From Saccostrea echinata (taxonomy: Eukaryota), in NCBI RefSeq assembly GCF_033153115.1, contig NW_026889753.1:10416001-10480000 (forward strand): 64,000 bases of DNA. Direction: 5' to 3'. This document shows positions 1 through 13,961 of the stretch, piece by piece; position 1 is the first letter of the stretch; every line of letters starts with the position of its first letter. The position numbers and the translations under genes were made by a program. The notes beneath the pieces are model-generated. The model was not told where the DNA came from. It saw only the letters and a list, made by a program, of their open reading frames with translations, and did no database searches.

Positions 1-220
1 TATATATGAAAAGAAGAGTAGTTTCAAATTTTATTATTTTTCTGGGCTAGTAGAAATTTACTTTAGCTAGTAAAAATGTCAAATCCACTAGCCTCACTTG
101 TTAGTGTCTCAGAAATTTTTTTTTAAAGACTGAAGTAAAATAATTTAATCAGTTTTTAAAGCAGAGGTAATTATTTTTCATTTTTTTCATTTATGATGAG
201 AAATATTTAGACTGTTTTAG

Positions 221-312
221 GTTAAATCGAACCGAATCGAAAAAAACCGAACCGTGACATTCTGAACCGAAACCGAACCGAGTCGATTGAACCCTGAATC
301 GTCCCAGCCCTA
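221..312. mobile_element. Right end of a hAT-like MITE
   Basis: Subterminal AACCGA/ATCGA repeats ending in CGTCCCAGCCCTA (reverse complement TAGGGCTGGGACG). The partner end was not seen. Confidence 0.45.
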
Positions 313-2259
313 CAAAGCACATCAAACAAAACATATTGGAATTTACGTGACAAAACATATTGGAATTTACGTGAAATTTTTTTTAAAATGTTGGATTAAA
401 TTTGATCATGCATCCAATATGTTCATGTTCAAAACAGATCACGCAGCTTCATGGCAATATTTTTTGCATTTTTGCTTTAGTGCGACTTTATTATCAGTGT
501 TTTTAAGTCATTGATGTTCATTTGTTTATCAAATGTGATGTACGTTTGCAGAGTGAGTAGAGTAAATTTAGCATGCACTTTGTGTAGAATTGTCGCTTTT
601 AAATCTATATGTTTTGTCTTTGTCGTAGAATTTTAATTATTTTTGCAAAATCAACTAATGAATTGTTAAAGCAATAAGTGCATTAATGCATTGATAACAA
701 AAAATCAAATAAATTAAATACTGGTAAATTTGTTGGAGCAAAAAAATTAAACCATATATTTGGATATTTATAAGATATTTAAAAAATAATGGAATGCAGC
801 TCATTTGTATGCACATAGTGACCATCTTGTTTAATGACATTTTGTGTACTGTTTTACACATATACACTTGTATTTATATCTAAGTTATTAATTTTATTTA
901 TTTAGGAACAGGTAAGGTGGACTTTTAAAATGATAATAGAAATTGTTTTTCTCCCAGAAGATTAATAAAGTTGAAAAAAGTTATTTATATTTCAATACGT
1001 AAGGATAAATAAGTAACGAAAAATTTCAAATTTTTATATTAAATTTTAATACATGACTTCAGGTTTTAAAGACAAATATTCTAAAACGAAGTTTCAGTTT
1101 GATCAATTTGCGAAATTCTTTTTCTGTTTTTTAAAATACATTTGATCCGTACCTGTTCCAAAAAGTATATTTATTTTGCTATATATTATATGTTTTCTTT
1201 CAGAAATAGCTTTCTTTCAGTAACTTGTGTTTTTCAGGGGGTCGGGGCGCTGGTGTGATAAGGTGGACAAATGCTTCCTCCTAGCCGTTCATAAGGGGTA
1301 AATGCCAGGACGGTATATATGTCAAGAAAACACAATTTGGGGGGACCCCCTATGTTTAGAAGTTTTCCGTTTATCATTTTGCGAAAAGGAAATTTTCAAG
1401 TGAAAAAAATCGACCTTCTGAAAATATTTATTTATTTACTCATAATTAAATTGTAATTGATATTTGAAGGTCGTCAGATCAATAACATTATGTATAATGT
1501 GAAACCTTTATGTATCTAATGTGCTCCTTTATATCCATATCTTATATTCGAATAGCAATGTCGTTGGACGTTAAGAGTATCTATGCATAAGTATCACAAA
1601 TTTAAAACATACGTGAACGTAATCTTAAAAAATATAATTATCATTTTTACTTCTATATGTACGTTCCTCGTATGAAGTTATATGAATAATAAACATTCAG
1701 TGCGACTATTTTTCACAAAAGAATTGCTAATATTGTTTTTCCCACTGTTTGAACAAATTTGAAATTTGTGAAAACTTCTAATATCAAAAAAATTAACTAG
1801 CGAGTTATTAATAACGATATGTAAGTAAATAATCAATGGCAAACAGACTAAATTACTGTTTGGATGGGGAAGGTTGGTAAAAAGCAAAATTCTTATTATT
1901 ATTTTGAAACCAGTCTATTAGTTTTGCGTAAACTACTCGTAATGCTATTTTACAAATTAAATCACTAATTTGTGTCAAATTACGAGAAAAAGCACTTTAC
2001 GCCACACCCTTGCAATATTCTAGTATAGATGTTTATGACAACATATGATCATACTGTAGAATTACTTTATAATGCAGATAGCCATTTCTTTGTAGATGGT
2101 ATGTAATTTTTTCAACCAAGAATTATATTAAAACACTACAAATGCAATATTAATGACATCTTTTTTTTCATTTGAAAACTGTTACTTTTGAAGAAATTTA
2201 TGAATATCTCTAAATGTACAAAAATGTTTAACATAGGACACGTTTTTCCCTTTTTACAG

Positions 2260-3128
2260 CGCAATCCATATCGTTGACCTTCTTGCCCGACATGGCAGTG
2301 GCAAATGGCATTCCACGTGATCAAAGTGCTAGCATCATATCCATTTGTGGAATTACCAACACGGTGGGACGGATTTTTGCAGGCTTTCTTACTGACACAT
2401 TTCACGTCAGAAGCACCGTCATCTACCTGGTTGCTCTTTCGGTAGCAGCTGTTGCTAACTTCCTGTTTCCATGGTGCTATAGCTACGTCACCATTTCTGT
2501 TTGTGCTGCAGTGTTTGGTTTTTGTATGGGTAGGCATATAGTAACGGTCATTTTGATAATATACTCTTAAAAGTTTACTTTTAAGAAGGAAAACTTTGTC
2601 TAAATGAATATGTACAGTGATTTTTGGTATTACTAATAAGGTAAAACTGCTGGGAAGTCTTGTCGAAATTTTAAGGAAAAAAAAACACTTATATTTCTCT
2701 TTCTGCTTTATTAGCCAGCATTGTTTGCCTCCGTACGATTGTGATCGTGGAGCAGTTGGGGATCAGAAGACTGACCAGTGCGTTCAGTATGATTGCTTTT
2801 TTCCAAGGCATTGCCTTTATTCTAAATCCCCCAGCCGCAGGTAATGATAATTTTATATGACCATGATTTCATTTTCTCTTTATTTATAATGCTCATAATT
2901 GACGTAGACTTTCTAATGTATGTCTTCACAGGTTTTCTGTACGACTCGACAAGATCTTACCTGTACCCTTTTGTACTCTCCGGAAGTATGTACGTAGTTG
3001 CTGCCCTTTCCTGCGCGGTTATATTGCTCAAACATTGTATTTCACCTACTGATACAGAAAAGGACAGTATCTCCGTTGTGATTGACAGTGAGGGTACCTC
3101 GACAGACGAATCTCTACTCAATGTCTAA
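2260..3128 (+). CDS. SLC16/monocarboxylate-transporter-like MFS protein MCT-A, last three coding exons (5' exons not identified in this window)
   Basis: Exons 2260-2529, 2715-2840 and 2932-3128 have AG/GT boundaries and splice in frame: ...[41 protein letters not shown]...FGFCM/ASIVCLRTIVIVEQLGIRRLTSAFSMIAFFQGIAFILNPPAA/GFLYDSTRSYLYPFVLSG...LLNV*. This matches the SLC16 C-terminal helices. AATAAA near 3278. Confidence 0.88.
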
Positions 3129-5889
3129 TTAGAATATATTTTCAATTATCAATGTTCAATCTATACATGTATACCATGTGTAATATTTATTGAAACGAAA
3201 GATGTGTTCGTTATTGTTATGTACATGTAAGTGTTATTAAAATATAATTTATCAATTTTGATGCTTAATGTGCTACTAATAAATGTCGAATTTCTGACAC
3301 ATATCATAACTTAAAACAATTTCAATTTCCCTCTTGATTTCTTTATTTCCACTTTAGAACGGTAAAACGCAAAAACTGTAAATTGAAAGAAATAAAAGTT
3401 TTGCATGGATCACACAAATTTCGATCAATTCTTGAAAGTTTAAGACCTTGCAAAAGTGCAGATTTAAAAAAAACTAAAATTCTACTTTTACGGTGAAAAA
3501 AAATTATTTGTGGCGTGACATGAAAATAATGCTTTTCTCCTCCCATCCGTCAGGATTCGTGCGCAGAAAACATAAACAAGTCACCATGGTCTGAAGTCCT
3601 AAGAAGTTGAAAGGTGATATAGACCTAGAAATTTTTACAGAATCTGCGAAAATAAAGTCGGAAAATAACCGTTGCCTTGCATGCTCCGATTCCATTTATT
3701 TATATGAAAAAGTCACGTGACGTACACACGTCAGAAGGTTGACAAACCTTTTTTCCGGCATTTATACATTGTACTCTAACTGATCTATAGTACAGTTGAG
3801 TTTATCAAAACTTCGCTGTACTCGTATTTTTTCATAATAAATCCTTCGTTTTTATGATTCAAATACAATAATAGAACTGAATGATTACTATTCATTACGT
3901 TTCCTTTTTAAGTAAAAAAAAAGTTCCGTAAATATGTACATGTATTTCGATAGAGTATTGATATGCAATCATGCGAAATAAAAGAACTCAGATCTTACGG
4001 GAGGAAAACGAAAAAAATATTACTTATATTGCAGCTTTAGTCAAATATGGAAGCAAACATTGCAAGAGCATGAGGGTAACACTTTTATTATACATTAAGG
4101 CATTATTATAATTGAAACAGTTGTTGACACAAGTGTGTTCGTCCCGAAAGTTTGAATTCTTTGTCGATCGAAACGGTGTTACATATGTATTTATGGCCTT
4201 TTCTGCATGAAATCTTCGAGTGGAAACTATTGAAAAATTTTTCTTGAAAAATTTCTTGAACAAAGTTAAAACATATCATTATTTCCGATACATCGCCAAA
4301 AATAGGCAAAATTACAAAGCATATCACCTTATCATAAATTCTCATACTTTCAGAGTAGTCTTTCAATTACGATTAGGAGATGAAAGCTTCCCCGCCTGAT
4401 TGATGTAAAACAGATTATCTATAACATCTGTACCTTTGAGCTCCTACAGTGAAAAGTCTTTACTTAAGAATTCTACAGACACATATTAATTAAAATTCAA
4501 AAGGAAAAATTGAAATTAATATGCTAATGTTAATTCAATAAATACAAAATTGTTGTTGTTTTATTGGCTTTGTAGAATCCAATTAATTGCTAGAAATTTT
4601 CAGACTAGATAGCCCGACAAAATCTGTTGAGAAGGTGAGAATCGAACCTCTTTAAGGCAAGATTTGTAAATCTGCACGATGTTTCTGTTTTCTCAGGGAT
4701 GTGTCTACCTCCTGGGTTGTTTATAAGCTTTGATATTTATAAGGTATCCTCATTGTTTTCAGTTGCGATTAAATGGTGGGTATTTTTTTTTATTTGAAAA
4801 GGGCCTAAGCAGGAATGTGAATTTACTACGTAGATGTATGCAGTTAGAATTGAATTAAATGTTTATGCATGTTATTTTAGATTTGTGACTTTATTTTTTC
4901 TTTTGCGTAATAAATTTATCTTTGAATAAAAAAAAAAACACATCTACATCTCTTTTCATTGTGTCGATGTTTTAGTTTTACATATTTGAGAGACCCTTTA
5001 AAAAGGTCTGGCATATAATAAAATTCGGTGTAATATCTTATTAATAAATTCTTACTTCTCGGATTGCATGAGTTCGAAACAAACGTTCATCTCAACAACC
5101 GCATTGTCAATGGTTGCCAGGATTTAAATATCAATATTCAAGCAATGATACTGGTATATAGTCCTTAATGACTCCAGAATCTTCACTTTTCCAGAATAGC
5201 TTGCAATTGGAACTATTTTGAAAACAAGTGACATTAAGGCAGTTTTCTGATTGATTACAGGAATGGTGTGGAATTACGCGAGCCATTTAACTTCATACAG
5301 CGTTAACAAACATGTTATCTTCTGTGATGACAATAAAACACACTTCATTCTTTAGATTTAAACCTGAACGTAATATATATTCTTCTTTATATTCTTAAAA
5401 GGTCACAAGATGAAATATCTGGTAGTTGTTAAAAAGTTTCATGGTGGAACCAATTCAGTTTGAAACGGTTTCAAATAATTATACTTGAAATATCCTCCCG
5501 CGATGAGGATTGTAAATTACATCGATACCTACTTGTAAATTGTACTATCAAAATAAAGTGTTTTTGTACATAAAATTAAACTTAGCCTAATTCATATGGC
5601 TCATGTACTTGAATCACACTTTATAGATTTACATATAGAGAGAAAATGGTATTAATTAAAGACGTATTCTTTCTGCTTCAGCATGTTCAAATTTTCAGAG
5701 GATAATCAGACTAATATTTAAAACTAGTACTGAAATTTTTAACAATTCACAAGGATTTCTCTTAACAATTTACATGTATTGAGTAGGGTACAGAGAAACA
5801 TTTGAACAATTTACATGTATTGAGTAGGGTAGAGAGAAATATAAATAACTCGTGGAAACATCCTACTTTAGATTTCGCTAATATTTACT

Positions 5890-6612
5890 CTATAGGCATA
5901 TTTAAAAAAAAAACCAAACTTATACTACTTGTGGCATTCAATTTGACCATAAAGTATATTGACGACGTTTTATCAATTAACAATATTCAGTTTCATTCCT
6001 AAGATGGGTCATTATATCCCACTAAACTCAAAATAAAAGACGTCACAGAGTCTGAGTACATCTGTTTCATATTTGTATGATCTTCTAGAGAAAGACATTG
6101 ATGCCAAAATAACAACAAACCATGATAAACGTGATAACCAACTTTTCCATCGTTAACTTCCATTATTTATGTAGCAATATACCAAAATCACCTGCATATG
6201 GATTTTAATGTCTCCCAGCTGATTACACACAAGACTGTATTCTACTTATGAACAATTTCTAAAACAAAGCGGGATATTGACAAATAAGTTGATGATACAA
6301 GGATATTAAGAATCTCGTTATAAGTCAACATTTGGCAAGTTCTATGGTCGATACAATGGCCTTGTTTGTACAATCGGTCGTTAAGTCTGACATCTTTCAT
6401 ACAAATTCTTAGGCCATTATTTTCACACTGAATTGTCTACTGATTTTTCCGTTTACCCGATTATGAGAGGGAACACACAGCGGGTGTGAACGGTCTACAG
6501 GGGATGCTTACTCCCCCATGGTACCTGATCCCACCTCTATTTCAGAGGTCCGTGTTTGCTCTTTTCCTAATTTGTATTGTTTAAATGATGATTCATTATC
6601 TTCACATTTCAT
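5890..6612 (+). mobile_element. Degenerate Penelope-like retroelement, RT C-terminus plus 3' tail
   Basis: KYIDDVLSINN, then frameshifted IYP.ELKIKD / IVNF.YLCSNIP.SPAYG / KFYGRYN, then the GGGTGTGA...GGGGATGCTTACTCC...CCTGATCCCACCTCT tail. Confidence 0.7.
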
Positions 6613-7115
6613 TTGCATGAAATATATTTTTTGTACTGTACTGAATACATCTACTTGCTATAATTATTAATTTCCATGACAAAAAGGAAGATAATTAAAT
6701 TTATTAAGAAAATATAATGAATACATTGACAACAGCAAACATTTTCTCAATCAATATACGCGTGTAATGCTTTAAAACAAAATTAAATGCACCCTTTTCA
6801 TTCTAAAAAATTGGAAAACTGTTCCACAAACAGAATATATTAATATGCTCTCACAAAACATTCACACAAAATGTTAATGATATCAAATTGAACATCTTTT
6901 ACATACAGGTACAAAGTATTATAATACTTGTCACATAAACAGTATTAAAAACTCCCCGCTTAGTCCTTACCAGTATTTCTTCACAATATGTACACATGAA
7001 AAAGAAAAACGTTGAAGCATAGCCTTTTAAAGACAATTGATAGATAAATTTCACATATATTATTCGTGGGAAATGTACATCTCCTTAAAGCTCGATGAAA
7101 GTTTCTTCACCTCCG

Positions 7116-10100
7116 TTACACGGCTTCTTCACGATCATCTAACATCACCTCTTTCTCCTCTGTGATGACGATCTCGCCAAACACGTCCTCTTTGCCTCTT
7201 CTCTTGACACATGGAAGATGAAGTACTAGATGACAAGCGGCCCCCGCGGCAAACATTAGTCCCCCGAGCCAGAAGGAATAGTTGTAAGACCCGGTGGCGT
7301 TATATACAGCTCCTGATATGGGAATTGTTAAATATGGCATTAATATTTAAGTAAAATTGTTTTTTAAACTTTAATTTGTGTTAACACTTTGCACAAATCT
7401 AACCCGTTTTTCTTAATTTGAAATTTTTAAGTCCTTATAAATATATATATTTTTTTATTTATTTAAAAAAAAAGACGTAAATTTTGTGTACAGGTGTATA
7501 TTTACAGTGTCAATTCCAAATTGTGCCTCCCAAACATCGGATCGAAAGAATTAACTTAAAGAATCAATTTAGCTTGGGGATATTGGAAGTGGAAGTATAT
7601 TGTAATAGTTAAAGTACTATGAAATTATTATACATAATTGATACATACCGGCTACAGGTGGACCATATACCCCGGCCACTCCTCTAGCCAAGGTCAGGAG
7701 TCCAAAGGCATTGGTGAGCTTCTTCAGTCCAAGTAAGTCACAAATAATGATTGAAGTTAATGAAATATAGGCAGCTAAAAGAAAATATTAAAAGCTCGTT
7801 GATTGATAATTGAGATAAATTAACATATATAAACTAGAATTAAATAAAATTTATGTAGGATATATAAATCGCGAAAAGCTTGAATATCAACCAAATGATG
7901 TAGAACTAGATTTTTTTTTTAGCAATTTAGAGAGTTTGAAATTTCATTCACGCAGAATTACAGACCTTAGCAGCTTTTATATTTAGGTACTTTGCATCCA
8001 GAAAAAATATTAGATCACAGAACAATACATAATGAGTTAATCTGCATACCTTCAATCTTTCTAAACCCACAGATACACCAATATAATAAATTCAAAACAA
8101 ATGTTTGTTAGCGTACTAGAACTGTCAAACTCAGCCTCACTTATCCACATATCAGGCCAGTAACAATAGTTTCAAAAGTGGGGGGGGGGCAACTTTCAAA
8201 AGCAAAATTGACAAGCAAAAAAAAAGAAAACAAATAAACAAAATTAAAAAAAAAACAACCTAAACTGACCAAAAAGCGGGGAACTTCCCATAATATCCCC
8301 CCGCGTTCTACAGGCCTGCCATATAGACCATATAATGCTACAAATCCAACATTACTTACCCACATACAGACCACATAATGCTGCAAATCCGACACTTACC
8401 CACAAACAGACCATATAATGCTGCAAATCCGACACTTACCCACCTACAAACCACATAATGCTGCAAATCCGACACTTACCCACAAACAGACCATATAATG
8501 CGGCAAATCCGACACTTACCCACATACAGACCATATAATGCTGCAAATCCGACACTTACCCACATACAGACCATATGATGCTGCAAATCCGACACTTACC
8601 CACAAACAGACCATATAATGCTGCAAATCCGACACTTACCCACATACAGACCATATGATGCTGCAAATCCGACACTTACCCACATACAGACCATATAATG
8701 CTGCAAATCCGACACTTACCCACATACAGACCATATGATGCTGCAAATCCGACACTTACCCACATACAGACCATATAAAGCTGCAAATCCGACACTTACC
8801 TACATACAGACCTTATAAAGCTGCAAATCCGATACTTGCCCACATACAGACCATATAAAGCTGCAAATCCGATACTTACCCACATACAGACCATACAACT
8901 TCACCCACACATAGACCATATGATGCTGTTAATCCAGTCTCACTTACCCACACATAGACCATATAATGCTGCAAATGCAATCAAAAGCTCGTATGTTCGA
9001 CAAAATGGTTCCACGAAGAGTAGGACGGCACTCAGCACCAGAGCCACATTATTGATGACTAAAGCGTCCAATTTAAAAATGTCTACCAGGAGCCCTGACA
9101 GTATTCTGCCTACGGTGTTGGTAATACCTAAATTAAACAGATTAATTCATGGTTTTCAAAACTCAGGGAATCATTTTATTCAAACAGACAAGAAAACGAT
9201 CTCTAGAGAAAAATAATCTAACTCTACCTATTATAGACAGCAAAAACGCCGCATCCGTTGGGGGAATACCAAGAAGTAAAGCGTGATCGACGACATATGT
9301 AAAAGGAACATAAAACCCAGACATTGCAAGAATGTTTCCAAAACATATCATAACAAAAGGAAAGTCTTTAAGCAGGGAAAGGTCCATCATATCTTTTAAA
9401 GTGTCCACAACGGATAATGGAAGACACGTGCATTTATCCCAACATGATGGCGAGGGAATATCGGGGATATTTGTTGTACTGGTTATGTAGTCTCTCACGT
9501 CTGAACCAGACGTTTTGAATTGGGGTATATTGTAAATGCTACCACTGTAGAAGATGTCCTGTCGGTACATGGGACGGGAATAGTCGGTCTTCTCCACGTG
9601 ATGGGTGGAATGTAATCGGGGAGCAGAAAGGAAGGCGTCTCCTTGCGTCTTGGCGTACCCGTTTTCAATTTTGGGGTGAATTTCACGGACTTTTAAATCA
9701 CTTAGAATCCCACTTGAATTTTCATTAAATGAATTTTTTGTTTTATTTTCGTCATTCTTTTTTCTCTTTTTGACTTCTTCTAGGTTAGTAAACCTATCTG
9801 CACCAGGCATGCTTGAGTCGGAATGTGCGTTTCGTTTTCGTTGTCCAAGAGCTTTTTTCCTTGCATTTTCAATTTGTGTTTTTCTAAGTGACTGTTTCAT
9901 TTTCTTCGTTGGCTCAAGCGGTCTCATCAACATACCACACACACAGGCGTTCAGTACGATTCCAGCCTGAATCATTACTAGGTTTCTCCAGTCGTATACC
10001 TGAAGCATCATCGCGTTAGCGGGAGCAAAAATAAATGTACCAACCCCAGATCCACATACTGCTATACCGGTTGCAATAGCACGTTTCTTTTCAAAGTAAT

Positions 10101-10757
10101 ATCCCACGATCACAATGGCAGGAAGGTATATCAATCCAAATCCCAAACCTTGCGGAAGGAAATTAAATAATGATGCAATTGTTAAAGACATTTTTACTTT
10201 TACAAAAACTACTTATGTAGGCTTTTACAAAGCAGATGATCGTTTGAATCTTACCCCCTAAAAACCCATAAGTAAGGAGGAGTACTGTGATGCTGTTAGC
10301 AAAAGAGGCAGCCAAAAAGGCAACTGCTGCAAAGATGCTTCCTGCAATTGTTACGGCTCGGCAACCAAATTTGTTAGTTAATCCACTAACGATGGGACCT
10401 TAAACAAAACACAAATGGAATCAATATTTTATTTTATTATTTCATGAATAAAAATATGCTGCAAGGATAGTTTAGCTTAAAGCAGACCTTACCTGCACAT
10501 AAATAAATTCCAACAAGTAAGGATCCCACCAACGATACCTTCCCTCTTGTTTCGTTAAAAACATCAACCCACATCGGAAGAAGAACGCCAAAGGAGTAAC
10601 CAAGTCCATCTACGATGATATTGCACATAAATGAACAGGCCACTACTACCCATCCCCATCCCCCATCTGGAGGGGTGGGGATGTAGTCCCCTGGGTCTAT
10701 CTCGCTAGAATCAGTAGATTCAGCAGAGGCATGTCTCTTCTTCTCCTTGAACGACAT
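7116..10757 (-). CDS. SLC16/monocarboxylate transporter MCT-B, complete, 610 aa
   Basis: Exons 10757-10493, 10398-10255, 10148-9228, 9127-8948, 7774-7649, 7312-7116 (1833 nt). All introns are GT-AG, phase 1, with no internal stop seen. Motifs: [72 protein letters not shown]. Confidence 0.93.
8138..8975 (-). repeat. 40-bp minisatellite derived from the MCT-B exon-4 end plus 5' splice donor
   Basis: Unit CTTACCCACATACAGACCATATAATGCTGCAAATCCGACA, about 14 regular copies at 8355-8895 plus degenerate edge copies. It matches the exon/intron junction at 8943-8975. Confidence 0.92.
8153..8318. mobile_element. Short TIR MITE inserted into the last minisatellite unit
   Basis: Termini CAGGCCAGTA...TACAGGCCTG. 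CATAT occurs on both sides (8148-8152, 8320-8324), and the flanks rejoin into a repeat unit. Confidence 0.6.
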
Positions 10758-12063
10758 AGCAAAAGCTAGAATTCGAAGCTCCTGTCACAAAACAATCCTA
10801 GCCTCAGCTGTCAGCTCCTAAGTCCCTTTCATGTTGTATTTTTGTAAAATATATTTTTTCGATGGTGTCTATCCTATGATCCAGATCTTTGTTGAATCTG
10901 TAAAAATAATTGCTGCATAAATTAACAGTATTTTAAGTTCCGGGGGCTATTTAAATGTCGATGGCCTCTCTGAAAAATTAATCCCCTTTCAAATCGGCTG
11001 GACCATATAGAAGTCCAGACCTTAGTGATTATTTATATTAGTTTGTCATACGTAATGTTATTCTGCGTGCAATATTTAAGGATATGGATTTAAAGAAGAC
11101 TGATTTACGTGTAATCTGTTTGACATTACCGAATGATAAATAATTCAACTTTGACAAACAATAGTGTGTTGTAAAAGATTTGTATTTCTATCAAGTACAA
11201 TGTAAGCCCTCGTGTTATAAAAGGTAAATTATTATCCCTTGCAAAAAATATTGTCTTTATGTGTTATTTTATTTTGCAGGTGTCCCTAAATAATTACATC
11301 AAATGTCACTCGATTTCCAAAACTTCATGTGCAACAATATGAATATTACTAATATTTTACTTTTCTATCATACATGTAAATATTTTTGTTTAAGATTTAG
11401 ATCTATGTACCAAAATATATTTAGTGTAATAATAATACGCCGAAACTCTGACTAGATTTTGCCTGCACACCTATGTTTATTTATGATATCATGTAGAAGA
11501 TTTTAAGGGTCCTGAAGAGGCCGAAGGACCTATTTCAATTTGTTTATTCTTTATTTTGGGTAAACAAGTGGAAGGGTAGTAAGCATTGACCATCTATATC
11601 AATAGTGTCACATCGAATGCCATGATTTAGAAGTAGATCACAATAGTAACTGTCAATATTTCTCAACATAGATCTGACACTTTAGAGATAACACTGAAGT
11701 TCTCATCCTTGAGAACAGACCCTCATCACTGCTGTCCTCTAGTGCATGAAGATTTATTTATGGCTCATTTTACCTCAAATATTTACATTGTTTTTGTTTC
11801 AGATTATCTTTTATGGCTTTATGGTTCCAAATACATATTTTCACTGGTACTTGAAGTACGAGTCAGAGGTATAGGGTACTTAAAAAGGTGATAAAATAAT
11901 CATGTATACATGTTATATTGGCATCATTATACACTATTTTTTTAATCTTGTGGTGGGAAATAGTATATCTTAATTAAAATAACAAAAGGGAAAATTGGAC
12001 AATGAATCTGTATAAGTTACAAAAGTAATTTTGATACTGACTTCGTTATAAATAAATCCATGC

Positions 12064-12197
12064 NNNNNNNNNNNNNNNNNNNNNNNNNNNNNNNNNNNNN
12101 NNNNNNNNNNNNNNNNNNNNNNNNNNNNNNNNNNNNNNNNNNNNNNNNNNNNNNNNNNNNNNNNNNNNNNNNNNNNNNNNNNNNNNNNNNNNNNNNN
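12064..12197. other. Assembly gap
   Basis: Run of N. Confidence 1.
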
Positions 12198-13961
12198 TTG
12201 TTCCAATATGAACATTTAGAATGGAGTCTTGCAAGTATTTCAAGAAAATTAGTAGATCCAAATGCATGTTCCTGAATGCAGCAAAACAATTTGTATTTAA
12301 ACAACTTCTGTAATCGGTGTTAAAAAAATTCAAATCAATTTTGACTTCGAAATAAAAGGTGTATACAATAAGACTTTGCATTTCAAGTTGTCTCTCTACT
12401 ATCAGCGAATTTGGAGGCGTCTACCATCAACTTATTTTATGATGGGAAATAATATTATTTGTTATAACTTACTTAAAATGAAAATTGTATCATTAAATAG
12501 CAAAAAATATAAATTTACAACTATCAGAGGAAATTCAGGTTAAGTAAAAGTCCACACATACACATTTTTTCTTCTTCAGAGAAATTATCAGAAGAATTAT
12601 ACCGTGAACGATTATTTTCAATGAAAAAGAATGACTTTATTTTCTTGAATCAAATGCAGGCGATTGATCATGAACACTCCGCTTTGTGGCTTATTTGAAA
12701 AAAAAAATGGTGAACTAAAAGTGACCTTGACAAAAAATCAAGGCTGATGACAAATTCCTTTTGATACATTGCATCACGAACATTCTGAACTGGGTTTTGT
12801 GTGAACTTGAGGAACTTGGTAATACAAAACACATGGTATATACATGTGACGAGACAACTTAATACGAATAACAAGACACAGTCACAATAATAGAATAATA
12901 AATAATGGGAGAACTCGTTGTAGAATCTACAATATACTAGTTATAGATGATCATAAGTTGAATCAAATTAAATAATAATAATAAGGGTATGAATAACGAT
13001 CGAGGCAAGAAACAGACAGAAACCAGAGAACTAAATTTCGTAAAGCATTGTTAGGTATGTTAAAATTTAGAAACCGTTTTCCTAGTCCGCCCTCTATCAC
13101 TGAGGGACTGTGAATTTCGCCTCATCTTGATGTAGACAGGCTATGAAGTTGTCACACCTAGATACAGACAAACTGTGAAGTATCTGGGAGATTACGTACG
13201 CAATCAATTGACCTGACCCGTTAAGCTGTCCCTGAACCTTTCAACATAAATACCACGAAAGCAGTATAAACTGAGATAACAGAAGAAATTAGGACATTAA
13301 ATGACATATTTACGCTTCATAATACAGCTGAGTTTGATATAGATGCGCAATTACCTATTGTTAAATTAAGTAATGGAAACATTGAAAATGTTTACTTTTT
13401 CATATCATATAATCAAAACGATGTAACTGAAACCGAATTTGACACTTTTTAAATCTATTTTCCGTAGTGCGTTGTAGTGTGTTGTAAAGAAAAAAAACTA
13501 AGGAGGACTCTGTATCTTATTATGTTTATTAGAAAGTATAGAAAAAAGCAGTTTGTTGAATGTCAATTGGTTAGGAGTAACATAGCTCTACGTTTGGAGA
13601 TATAAAAAGGCTTAAAAGCTGTACTGATTGCCCATTAGAAGGACTGTAATTATTCTTACTGGTACATGTATTTTAAATAAGGAGATCCCCGATCTTTTCT
13701 GATTGGATATGATTTTTTTTTTTTAACAAATCGTGCCTTTTACATCCCCCGAGACATATTAAAGCATAAAACAAAGGAATTCTATTTTACGTTTTCATCT
13801 GGTATAATACATACACTTCTTTTACTTTATTAAGCAAATACACGGGATAGTCACATACTACATAAGCTCTGCATTTTATCAGTGACACTGAAAGCATCAT
13901 ACTTAACCCCCATCCAACAGTGATACACTTTGTCGGACAATGTGCTCATGTAGATTGTCTA

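Noticed and set aside
328-375. 24-bp duplication (also ~41-bp at 5764-5840 and 31-bp x3 at 57709-57808)
   Set aside because: Ordinary local slippage duplications.
8355-8895. CRISPR-like regular 40-bp periodicity
   Set aside because: Head-to-tail units without spacers, derived from the adjacent exon junction.
11970-12381. ORFs spanning N runs (also 51528-51845)
   Set aside because: Assembly-gap artefacts.
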